From an uncultured cyanobacterium (lineage in GTDB: Bacteria > Cyanobacteriota > Cyanobacteriia > Cyanobacteriales > Nostocaceae), in the NCBI GenBank assembly GCA_963706595.1, contig OY970166.1, positions 4,928,001 through 4,992,000 of the forward strand: DNA of 64,000 nt, read 5' to 3'. The notes beneath the pieces were generated by a model. The model had not been told where the DNA came from. It saw nothing but the letters and a program-made list of their open reading frames with translations, and ran no database searches. Positions 54,999 through 64,000 of this stretch are shown piece after piece. Each line of letters starts with the position of its first letter. The stretch's first letter is position 1. The position numbers were made by a program, and so were the translations under genes.

Positions 54999-57230
54999 AT
55001 GGCAACGAAATTTCCAAAATTTAGCCAGGATCTCGCACAGGACCCGACTACTCGTCGGATATGGTATGCGATCGCTACAGGAAACGACTTTGAAAGCCAC
55101 GATGGCATGACTGAAGAAAATCTTTACCAAAAGATTTTCGCCACTCACTTCGGTCACTTGGCAATCATTTTCCTGTGGGCTTCCAGCCTCCTGTTCCACG
55201 TGGCCTGGCAAGGTAACTTTGAACAGTGGATTAAAGATCCCCTTCACATCCGCCCCATCGCCCATGCGATTTGGGACCCCCACTTTGGTGAACCTGCGAT
55301 TGAAGCATTTACCCAAGGTGGCGCTAGCAATCCTGTAAACATTGCTTACTCTGGTGTTTACCACTGGTGGTACACAATCGGGATGCGGACGAACAGCGAA
55401 CTGTATACCGGTTCTGTGTTCCTCCTCTTGTTATCAGCGTTATTCTTATTTGCTGGTTGGTTGCACTTACAACCCAAGTTCCGTCCTAGCCTCTCTTGGT
55501 TTAAGAGTGCTGAACCTCGCCTGAACCATCACTTGTCAGCGTTGTTTGGTGTTAGTTCTTTGGCTTGGGCTGGTCACTTGATTCACGTTGCTATCCCCGA
55601 ATCTCGCGGACAGCACGTTGGTTGGGATAACTTCCTCACCACACTGCCCCACCCAGCAGGTTTGACTCCGTTCTTCACAGGTAACTGGGGAGTTTACGCT
55701 GCTAACCCTGATACTGCTGGCCATATTTTTAGTACATCTCAAGGTTCAGGTACAGCGATTCTGACTTTCTTGGGTGGTTTCCATCCTCAGACAGAATCCT
55801 TGTGGTTGACCGATATGGCTCATCACCACTTGGCGATCGCAGTTATCTTCATTATTGCTGGTCATATGTACCGGACTAACTTTGGAATTGGTCACAGCAT
55901 CAAAGAAATGCTGAATTCCAAATCTGGTTTAGTACCTGGTAGCAAGAGTGAAGGTCAATTCAACCTGCCTCACCAAGGTTTGTACGACACCATTAACAAC
56001 TCGCTGCATTTCCAGTTGTCTCTAGCTTTAGCAGCACTGGGAACCGCCACTTCGTTGGTAGCGCAGCATATGTACGCTCTGCCTCCTTACGCATTCATTG
56101 CTAAGGACTACACAACTCAAGCAGCGCTGTACACTCACCACCAGTATATTGCTGGCTTCTTGATGGTTGGTGCTTTTGCCCACGCCGCCATCTTCTGGGT
56201 ACGTGACTACGACCCCGAACAAAACAAAGGCAACGTACTTGACCGGATATTACAGCACAAAGAAGCGATTATTTCTCACCTCAGCTGGGTATCGCTATTC
56301 TTGGGCTTCCATACCCTCGGTCTGTATGTACACAACGATGTAGTAGTAGCTTTCGGTACTCCTGAAAAGCAAATCTTGATTGAGCCTGTGTTCGCACAAT
56401 TCATTCAAGCTGCTCACGGTAAAGTACTTTACGGTTTAGACACATTGTTGTCTAACCCTGACAGCATCGCCTACACAGCTTATCCTAACTACGGCAACGT
56501 TTGGTTGGGTGGCTGGTTGGATGCCATTAACTCTGGTACCAACTCCCTATTCTTAACAATTGGCCCTGGCGACTTCTTGGTTCACCACGCATTCGCTTTG
56601 GCTATTCACACCACCACCTTGGTACTTGTTAAAGGTGCTTTGGACGCTCGTGGTTCCAAGTTGATGCCCGATAAAAAGGACTTCGGCTATGCGTTCCCTT
56701 GCGACGGTCCAGGCCGTGGCGGTACTTGCGACATCTCAGCTTGGGACTCTTTCTACCTAGCGATGTTCTGGATGTTGAACACCATTGGTTGGGTAACTTT
56801 CTACTGGCACTGGAAACATCTAGGTATTTGGCAAGGTAACGTTGCTCAGTTTAACGAAAACTCTACATATCTCATGGGCTGGTTCCGTGACTACCTCTGG
56901 GCTAACTCGGCTCAGTTGATTAACGGATACAATCCTTACGGCGTGAATAACCTGTCTGTTTGGGCTTGGATGTTCCTATTTGGACACCTTGTTTGGGCAA
57001 CTGGTTTCATGTTCCTGATTTCTTGGAGAGGTTACTGGCAAGAGTTGATTGAAACCCTTGTTTGGGCGCACGAGCGTACTCCTCTAGCTAACTTGGTTCG
57101 CTGGAAAGACAAGCCCGTTGCTCTGTCTATCGTTCAAGCTCGTTTGGTAGGTCTAGCCCACTTCACTGTCGGCTACGTTGTTACCTACGCGGCGTTCTTG
57201 ATTGCCTCCACTGCTGGTAAGTTCGGTTAA
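54999..57230 (+). CDS. psaB: Photosystem I P700 apoprotein A2
   Basis: [23 protein letters not shown]. Confidence 0.98.
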   Translation: MATKFPKFSQDLAQDPTTRRIWYAIATGNDFESHDGMTEENLYQKIFATHFGHLAIIFLWASSLLFHVAWQGNFEQWIKDPLHIRPIAHAIWDPHFGEPAIEAFTQGGASNPVNIAYSGVYHWWYTIGMRTNSELYTGSVFLLLLSALFLFAGWLHLQPKFRPSLSWFKSAEPRLNHHLSALFGVSSLAWAGHLIHVAIPESRGQHVGWDNFLTTLPHPAGLTPFFTGNWGVYAANPDTAGHIFSTSQGSGTAILTFLGGFHPQTESLWLTDMAHHHLAIAVIFIIAGHMYRTNFGIGHSIKEMLNSKSGLVPGSKSEGQFNLPHQGLYDTINNSLHFQLSLALAALGTATSLVAQHMYALPPYAFIAKDYTTQAALYTHHQYIAGFLMVGAFAHAAIFWVRDYDPEQNKGNVLDRILQHKEAIISHLSWVSLFLGFHTLGLYVHNDVVVAFGTPEKQILIEPVFAQFIQAAHGKVLYGLDTLLSNPDSIAYTAYPNYGNVWLGGWLDAINSGTNSLFLTIGPGDFLVHHAFALAIHTTTLVLVKGALDARGSKLMPDKKDFGYAFPCDGPGRGGTCDISAWDSFYLAMFWMLNTIGWVTFYWHWKHLGIWQGNVAQFNENSTYLMGWFRDYLWANSAQLINGYNPYGVNNLSVWAWMFLFGHLVWATGFMFLISWRGYWQELIETLVWAHERTPLANLVRWKDKPVALSIVQARLVGLAHFTVGYVVTYAAFLIASTAGKFG

Positions 57231-57260
57231 TTCGGCTGCTAGTTTTGTAGGTAAATAATA

Positions 57261-57291
57261 AAAGTCCCCTGCCGGAAGGTGGGGGATTTTT
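57261..57291 (+). terminator. Intrinsic terminator after psaB
   Basis: AAAGTCCCCTGCC-GGAA-GGTGGGGGATTTTT. Confidence 0.7.
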
Positions 57292-57341
57292 ATGTCTACT
57301 CTATACGTCCTACAATGAAATTAAATTCAAGTAGCCGCAAT

Positions 57342-57665
57342 ATGGAAAAACTACAAACCTCCTCTAGACAAGTAGAAATAGAACCCACTTTCGCAGCACT
57401 TGCCAACCAATGGCGTGAAGAAAATCGTGGTGTATCATCAACTAACCAAATGTGTATGCACCCTGCCTATCAACAAATTATAGGAATGGGTGAACCTATA
57501 ATACCTTTACTACTGAGAGAATTAGAGAAAAAATCTGGACGCTGGTTTTGGGCATTAAAATCTATTTCTAGAGAAGATCCTGTACCTCCAGAATACAGAG
57601 GAAATACAAAAGAAATGACTAAAGCATGGCTTGAATGGGGAAAGCAAAGGGGCTATACTTGGTAA
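57342..57665 (+). CDS. Hypothetical protein
   Basis: HPAYQQIIGMG...WFWALKSI; overlaps the next gene. Confidence 0.7.
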   Translation: MEKLQTSSRQVEIEPTFAALANQWREENRGVSSTNQMCMHPAYQQIIGMGEPIIPLLLRELEKKSGRWFWALKSISREDPVPPEYRGNTKEMTKAWLEWGKQRGYTW

Positions 57666-58132
57666 ATAATAATGCTTGGGCTAACTATGTAAAAAAATTT
57701 ATTGAGCGTGATTTTCCCAATCTAGTTACCCAGGGATACAAACTCACAAGTCCAGATACTATTGACTATAACTGTGTGGCTTGGGCAGCAGAAGATGATG
57801 AAAATTGGTGGTGGCCAGATGCTCAAAACGAAGAATATTGGCCGCCAGGTGTCCCCAGAGAAGAAACTCTTGATGCTTTTCAGCAAGCATTTCAAACACT
57901 TGGTTATGAAATCTGTGAAGATGATGCCTTAGAAACAGGATTTCAGAAAATAGCAATATACGTTAATTCCAGCACAATACCAACTCATGTTGCTAGACAA
58001 TTACCTGATGGTAACTGGACAAGTAAGTTGGGTCAAGATGAAGATATAGAGCATAATAATTTACAAGGATTAACAGGCAATCCTGGTTATGGTGAGGTTG
58101 CCTGTATTATGAAAAAACCTATTAAAGTGTAA
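57635..58132 (+). CDS. Hypothetical protein, possible Cys-His peptidase-like fold (start uncertain)
   Basis: YNCVAWAA...THVARQ...WTSKLG. Confidence 0.6.
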   Translation: MGKAKGLYLVNNNAWANYVKKFIERDFPNLVTQGYKLTSPDTIDYNCVAWAAEDDENWWWPDAQNEEYWPPGVPREETLDAFQQAFQTLGYEICEDDALETGFQKIAIYVNSSTIPTHVARQLPDGNWTSKLGQDEDIEHNNLQGLTGNPGYGEVACIMKKPIKV

Positions 58133-58167
58133 AAAATCTTCAGCACCAATACATTAATCTTACTTAG

Positions 58168-58413
<246 letters not shown>

Positions 58414-58423
58414 CAAAAAATTT

Positions 58424-60208
58424 ATGAATGAAAACACAAACAAAGCAAGTTCTGGAGTGAATAGAGAAGAAGCCAAAAGTATCCTCAATCGATTTTTATA
58501 TAATAAAGATTATAAGGTTTTAGCTGTCAAGGGTAAATGGGGTGTTGGAAAAACACATTTAGTACAGAAATTTTTAGATGAACATAAAAAAGAGTATTAT
58601 TCTTATGCTTCTGTTTTTGGCATTTCTTCAATTGAACACCTGAAATCACGGTTAATAGCCAGTTATAAAGGTAAAGAAAATAAAAAATTATTCGATAAGA
58701 GTATATCTAGTTTCGTTGAATTCTCTAATCGTAATTCTGGGAAATTAGAAAAAACTCCAAAAATAGACTTACCATTCTCAGAACAATTATCCATACCAAT
58801 AGCAGGCTCATTAATTTCTGTAGCTGGTGACCTAGCACTCAACATACTTTTTAATGTAAATGTAAAAAATTCTCTTGTGTGCATTGATGATCTTGAAAGA
58901 AAATCTAAACTGCCGTTAGATGAATTACTTGGGTTTGTTGAGTATCTAGTTCAAGAATTAGAATGTCAAATTATTTTAATTTATAATGAAGATATTCTCT
59001 TAAAACATCCAAACTCAAAAGATGCAGATGCTTTACAACAATATCGAGAAAAAGTAATTGATATAGAATTTAAACTTGATCCTACAGTAGAAGAAAATTT
59101 AAATTTCATATTTAAACATCATCCTGATATAGAAGTAATTAAAGAAGTATTTATAAGGGCTGCGGCCAATAATATTAGAGTTATACGCAAAACTAAATGG
59201 CTGATTGATGAGCTTATTCCTTTAATGGAGAATTGGGAGCCTAGTTTACGTAATCAAATTATCAAAAATACTATTATTATTAATTTAGCAAAACTAGATA
59301 CTGACTTTCCTGAACGGTTCTCTATTAATGATCTAAATCCAAACCCTATTGATACTATATTATCATGTTCCAGCAGCGCTCAAGAACTTTATGACAAACG
59401 CAAAGATAATGAAACTGCTAACAAGAGATTCGCATTTTGTCAAAAAATAGCATATATTGGTTATAGACATCTAGAACAAATAAATGAACTTATAATTCAG
59501 TATCTTAAAACCTCTTTACTGAAATGTGATGAACTCCTTGAAAAAGGTGAGATTCTCAATCAAAGAGAAAAGAAAAAACAAATTATTGAAAAATTGGATA
59601 AGTTTTCCAATGATCTTTATAAATCAAAATACCATAGTTCATTTGCAGATAATGAAGAAGATATTATTGATGGAATTAATACTTTCCTCGAACAGAATCA
59701 TCTTGATTTGAGTATTTCCGAATTTGAAAGCCTTGAAAAATTTACATCAATTTTGGAAGTTGATATTTCTATCTATGAAAAGCCTTTATTAGAAAAAATA
59801 ATAACAGAAATTTTTGAATCGAATCCCTATAATAATTTAAGTGCCTTTAGAGATAAATTGAGTAAATATCCTGATTTGAAAGCATCTCTAGACAATAAAA
59901 TCAATGAATATCGCCAAACATTCGATATTACTACTGTTGTGAAAAATTTAATGAATGCTGATTCCCGTTTAATATCACCTGGACTAGAACTAGATACTGA
60001 ATTGTTAAATGAATATACTCTTGATGAATATTGTCAATGGCTTGAAAAAGGTCATCCCGATTTATGTGACATGGTTCGGTGGTTTCTAGATTCCGGGTAT
60101 AACCCTGCATCAAAAAAGCTAGAAAAAGCTATTCGGATGTTAGCTGAATGTAGTATTTTAAATAAAGTTAGAGCTAAGTATCTTTACAAGATAGATATAG
60201 ATAAGTAG
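58424..60208 (+). CDS. KAP-family-like P-loop NTPase
   Basis: GKWGVGKT, CIDDLER, YREKVID; AT-rich. Confidence 0.75.
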   Translation: MNENTNKASSGVNREEAKSILNRFLYNKDYKVLAVKGKWGVGKTHLVQKFLDEHKKEYYSYASVFGISSIEHLKSRLIASYKGKENKKLFDKSISSFVEFSNRNSGKLEKTPKIDLPFSEQLSIPIAGSLISVAGDLALNILFNVNVKNSLVCIDDLERKSKLPLDELLGFVEYLVQELECQIILIYNEDILLKHPNSKDADALQQYREKVIDIEFKLDPTVEENLNFIFKHHPDIEVIKEVFIRAAANNIRVIRKTKWLIDELIPLMENWEPSLRNQIIKNTIIINLAKLDTDFPERFSINDLNPNPIDTILSCSSSAQELYDKRKDNETANKRFAFCQKIAYIGYRHLEQINELIIQYLKTSLLKCDELLEKGEILNQREKKKQIIEKLDKFSNDLYKSKYHSSFADNEEDIIDGINTFLEQNHLDLSISEFESLEKFTSILEVDISIYEKPLLEKIITEIFESNPYNNLSAFRDKLSKYPDLKASLDNKINEYRQTFDITTVVKNLMNADSRLISPGLELDTELLNEYTLDEYCQWLEKGHPDLCDMVRWFLDSGYNPASKKLEKAIRMLAECSILNKVRAKYLYKIDIDK

Positions 60209-60307
60209 CTCAAACTTAAAAAACGTAATACCCAGATCCCCGACTTCTCTAAGAAGTCGGGGATCTATATCGTCAAGGTTTTATGTTTAATTATGTTGAC
60301 CTACTTA
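60202..60307. repeat. TAAGTAG...CTACTTA MITE-like element, copy 2; supplies the NTPase stop codon
   Basis: Similar to 26869-26981; TAG at 60206-60208. Confidence 0.75.
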
Positions 60308-60445
60308 TTCCTTCTAATACTAGTAATGCCAGTTAATTCTTAATAACTCACTGTATTTAAATTGCATTACTGGGGCGGGCAAGATGCCCACCCCAGAAGA
60401 GTTTGGTGAAATTTGGATGATTGAGAATAATGTCAGATATCAGAG

Positions 60446-61687
60446 TTATTCGGGGATTAAAAATTTGGCTACGGTTTGTACATCTTTATCACCGCGTCCA
60501 GAACAGTTGAGGACAATTCGCGGACTACCACTCAGTTGAGGACATAGGGTTTCTAGATAAGCGATCGCATGAGCAGTTTCCAAAGCTGGTATAATTCCCT
60601 CTAGGCGAGATAGTTGCTGGAACGCTGCTAAAGCCTCTGCATCAGTCACACTATAATATTCAGCCCTTCCCATATCCTTCAAATAGCTATGTTCTGGCCC
60701 CACCCCAGGATAATCTAAACCTGCACTAATGGAGTGCGCTTCAATGATTTGCCCTTCTTCATCTTGCAACAAATAGCTCATTGCTCCATGCAATACACCA
60801 ATTTGTCCTTTTGTCAAGGTAGCAGCGTGTTTTTCTGTATTTACACCTTCGCCGGCAGCTTCCACCCCAATTAACCGGATAGAAGACTCATTCACAAACT
60901 CGTGGAATAATCCCATCGCGTTGGAACCACCACCCACACAAGCTATGAGAATATCAGGTAAACCGCCCCACTTTTCCATTGCTTGAACGCGAGTTTCTAC
61001 ACCAATCACAGCATGAAAATCCCGTACCATCATCGGGTAAGGATGGGGGCCAGCTACTGAACCCAAAATGTAGTGAGTTGTTTCCACATTCGTTACCCAA
61101 TCACGGATAGCCTCAGAAGTCGCATCTTTGAGGGTTCCGGTTCCCGCTTCTACTGGACGAACTTCAGCCCCCATGAGTCGCATTCTGAATACATTCAAGG
61201 CTTGACGTTCCATATCGTGAACGCCCATGTAAATCACACATTCCAGCCCAAACCGAGCGCAAACCGTCGCTGTTGCTACTCCATGCTGTCCTGCGCCTGT
61301 TTCGGCAATTACTCTTTTCTTACCCATACGCCGCGCCAACAATACCTGACCCAAGGCATTATTAATTTTGTGCGCGCCTGTGTGATTTAAGTCTTCACGC
61401 TTTAAGTAAATTTGCGCTCCTGTACCATCTGGGCGGGCATAATGAGCAGTGAGGCGTTCGGCAAAATACAATGGTGTAGCGCGTCCAACATAATCTCGCA
61501 GTAAATCTTGTAATTCTGCTTGAAAACTTGGGTCATGGCGATATTGCTGATAAGCTGTTTCTAATTCGGCTAAAGCCGGCATCAGTGTTTCCGGGACGTA
61601 CTTACCGCCAAAGCGTCCAAAGCGTCCAAGGATGTCGGGAACCTGAGTGTTTGATAGGGAACTGGGGGAGAGGGGTGTAGTAGTCAC
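60446..61687 (-). CDS. trpB: Tryptophan synthase beta subunit
   Basis: [30 protein letters not shown]. Confidence 0.96.
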   Translation of the reverse strand: MTTTPLSPSSLSNTQVPDILGRFGRFGGKYVPETLMPALAELETAYQQYRHDPSFQAELQDLLRDYVGRATPLYFAERLTAHYARPDGTGAQIYLKREDLNHTGAHKINNALGQVLLARRMGKKRVIAETGAGQHGVATATVCARFGLECVIYMGVHDMERQALNVFRMRLMGAEVRPVEAGTGTLKDATSEAIRDWVTNVETTHYILGSVAGPHPYPMMVRDFHAVIGVETRVQAMEKWGGLPDILIACVGGGSNAMGLFHEFVNESSIRLIGVEAAGEGVNTEKHAATLTKGQIGVLHGAMSYLLQDEEGQIIEAHSISAGLDYPGVGPEHSYLKDMGRAEYYSVTDAEALAAFQQLSRLEGIIPALETAHAIAYLETLCPQLSGSPRIVLNCSGRGDKDVQTVAKFLIPE

Positions 61688-61757
61688 GGAAAGTTTTTGA
61701 TGACAGGTCGGATTTAATTATTATAAAAGCATTGTGGGATTGCAAGTACCCAGCCCT

Positions 61758-61898
61758 GGCGATTAGAAATCGCGGCTATACATACATGACGCGGAGCGTC
61801 TTCCCGAAGGGAAGTCCGCCTGCGCGGACTAAGGTCAAAGCAAGGTTTTAAACCCGCGTAGGCGGGTTTCGCCTGTGTAGCCGCGACTTCCAGTCGCC
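61758..61898. repeat. MITE-like palindromic repeat with internal hairpins between divergent trpB and SUI1 genes
   Basis: GGCGATTAGAAATCGCGGCTA...TAGCCGCGACTTCCAGTCGCC. Confidence 0.6.
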
Positions 61899-61939
61899 TG
61901 GTGCTAAGACACAATCACTTTTTCTTAATCAAACATTTT

Positions 61940-62281
61940 ATGTCTTCTGATAAATCTTCTAACAAACGCTTTGTTTACCGTGAATTTGGTAATGATAACT
62001 CTGCGGCTACCCAAAGAGGGGTTCCGGAATTACCTCCGCAGCAACAAAACCTGAAGGTGGAGGCTTCGCGCAAAGGACGCAAGGGTAAAACTGTGACTGT
62101 GATTAGCGGTTTCCAAACTAAGCCAGAAACTTTGGCTGATTTAGTTAAACAGTTGAAAAGTCAATGCGGTTCTGGTGGGACTGTGAAAGATAATGAAATT
62201 GAAATTCAGGGCGAGCATAAACAGAAAATTTTGGATATTTTGACTAAGTTAGGTTACAAAGCCAAAATTAGCGGGGGTTGA
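61940..62281 (+). CDS. Translation initiation factor SUI1/YciH family protein
   Basis: RKGRKGKTVTVI, LKSQCGSGGTVK, IEIQGEH. Confidence 0.9.
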   Translation: MSSDKSSNKRFVYREFGNDNSAATQRGVPELPPQQQNLKVEASRKGRKGKTVTVISGFQTKPETLADLVKQLKSQCGSGGTVKDNEIEIQGEHKQKILDILTKLGYKAKISGG

Positions 62282-62478
62282 TGGGTACGGTTTACAACAC
62301 TTGAATGTGGGATTAATTTAATAAGCTGATGTTATTGTGGGAATTACGAACCGCCAAGATGCCAAGAGCGCCAAGATAAAAAAGATGAATTTTTTACTAG
62401 CAATTTAGGAATGCTGTATGGTGGTGGTGAAATAATAAGTTAATCGGTTGATTTTTTGGAGTTTTATAGGAGGTTAAT

Positions 62479-62637
62479 ATGGATTTAGTTCGGATTGTGT
62501 GTGCTGTTTTACTTCCACCTCTGGGAGTATTTTTGCAAGTGGGTTTTGGTATGGATTTTTGGATTAATATTCTGTTGACATTGTTCGGTTATATTCCCGG
62601 AATAATTCACGCCATTTGGATAATTGCCAAGAAATAA
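62479..62637 (+). CDS. YqaE/Pmp3 family membrane protein (52 aa, not in ORF track)
   Basis: MDLVRIVCAVLLPPLGVFL...INILLTLFGYIPGIIHAIW; AGGAGG RBS. Confidence 0.9.
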   Translation: MDLVRIVCAVLLPPLGVFLQVGFGMDFWINILLTLFGYIPGIIHAIWIIAKK

Positions 62638-62920
62638 TGGTTTGGAGAGGTGGGTGTGTCAGCCTATCTCTCCCTATTTACTATTGAATTAAATCTGAAG
62701 CAGGTAAAAATTTCCGGCAAAGCTACAAATATTGTGACATGGTTGGCAACTAAAGCTCTGTCTCCCTACTCTCAACAAAAACGGGCGATAATACTACTCT
62801 CTGAAGACGTGAAGACCGATCCTGGTATTTCTGTCTCTGTTCCTACAATAACCATATATAAACAAAACAGGCTCTTGTTCTCTGTGCGCCTCATATTTGG
62901 AGTGGTTTATCGAAAAGCCT

Positions 62921-64000
62921 ATGCAACCCACTAATCCTAATCAATTTACCGAAAAAGCCTGGGAAGCGATCGCTCATACCCCAGATATTGCTAAACAATA
63001 TCAGCAACAGCAAATCGAAAGTGAACACCTGATCAAAGCCCTGCTAGAACAGGAAGGTCTAGCCAGCAGTATTTTAACGAAGGCGGGTGTTGATTTGCAA
63101 AAAATCCGCGAACGCACCGAGCAATTTATCCAACGTCAGCCAAAGGTATCTGGTAGCAGCACGTCCGTATTTTTGGGACGGAGTTTAGATACACTGTTAG
63201 ATAGAGCCGATGTCTATCGTCAGGATTTCAAAGACGAATATATCTCAATTGAGCATTTATTGCTCGCTTATGCCAAAGATGACCGTTTTGGTAAAAGTTT
63301 ATTTCAAGAATTCGGTTTAGACGAAAGCAAGCTCAAGAAAATCATTAAACAAATTCGTGGGAGTCAAAAAGTGACCGACCAAAATCCAGAAGGCAAATAT
63401 GAAGCACTGGAAAAATATGGACGTGACCTCACAGAAGCAGCACGGAAAGGTCAACTTGATCCAGTGATTGGGCGGGATGATGAAATTCGCCGCACTGTAC
63501 AAATTCTCTCCCGGCGTACCAAGAATAACCCTGTGTTAATTGGTGAACCGGGTGTGGGTAAAACTGCGATCGCCGAAGGTCTAGCCCAACGGATTATTGC
63601 TGGTGATGTCCCCCAATCCCTGAAAGACCGCAAGTTGATCTCTTTAGATATGGGGGCTTTAATCGCCGGGGCGAAATTCCGGGGCGAATTTGAAGAACGC
63701 CTGAAAGCAGTATTAAAGGAAGTTACGGAATCCGGCGGTAATATAGTTCTATTTATTGATGAAATTCATACTGTGGTCGGCGCGGGTGCGACTCAAGGGG
63801 CGATGGATGCCGGTAATTTGTTAAAGCCGATGTTAGCACGGGGTGAATTGCGGTGTATTGGGGCGACAACTTTAGATGAATATCGCAAGTATATTGAAAA
63901 AGATGCGGCGCTAGAAAGACGCTTCCAGCAGGTTTATGTAGATCAGCCCAGTGTCGCAGATACAATTTCGATTTTACGCGGTTTGAAAGAACGTTATGAA
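62921..64000 (+). CDS. clpB: ATP-dependent chaperone ClpB, 5' part
   Basis: [17 protein letters not shown]..., [28 protein letters not shown]; runs off the window. Confidence 0.93.
   Translation, partial: MQPTNPNQFTEKAWEAIAHTPDIAKQYQQQQIESEHLIKALLEQEGLASSILTKAGVDLQKIRERTEQFIQRQPKVSGSSTSVFLGRSLDTLLDRADVYRQDFKDEYISIEHLLLAYAKDDRFGKSLFQEFGLDESKLKKIIKQIRGSQKVTDQNPEGKYEALEKYGRDLTEAARKGQLDPVIGRDDEIRRTVQILSRRTKNNPVLIGEPGVGKTAIAEGLAQRIIAGDVPQSLKDRKLISLDMGALIAGAKFRGEFEERLKAVLKEVTESGGNIVLFIDEIHTVVGAGATQGAMDAGNLLKPMLARGELRCIGATTLDEYRKYIEKDAALERRFQQVYVDQPSVADTISILRGLKERYE

Noticed and set aside
61714..62934. ORFs 61714-61914 and 62650-62934
   Set aside because: The first translates a palindromic repeat; the second spans the clpB upstream region with no recognisable protein features

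Overview
Chromosomal window from a heterocyst-forming cyanobacterium (Nostocales, inferred from hupSL/xisC, patB, the cox2-type operon, HIP1 sites and heptamer repeats). Bases 1-11244 are most of an excision element that interrupts hupL. It carries a XisC-type tyrosine recombinase and defence/toxin-like cargo: a Shedu/DUF4263-like nuclease, VapBC, a papain-fold toxin candidate, a GNAT, a DUF433 gene, and two mosaic AAA-nuclease paralogues flanking a HEPN/Zn-ribbon gene. Cargo-gene boundaries are marked by HIP1 sites. Next come hupS, the hyp maturation operon, and a nif-associated block (LLM oxidoreductase, cysK, ArsC-like, coxBAC, fdxB, patB/cnfR). The remainder holds dnaK, an Rpn gene, dusB, a CyRepA1-like primase/helicase, a non-coding IS200/IS605-like element, psaAB, a small accessory islet, trpB, SUI1, YqaE and the 5' part of clpB. 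The most unusual signal is in the hyp operon: synonymous base choice flips between A/C-rich and G/T-rich in sub-kb patches that follow the orientation of short intergenic CTT(G/T)GCG repeats. Three single-base frameshifts (DUF4352 gene, hypF, coxC) may be assembly errors. All family assignments are from motif recognition by eye, not database searches.
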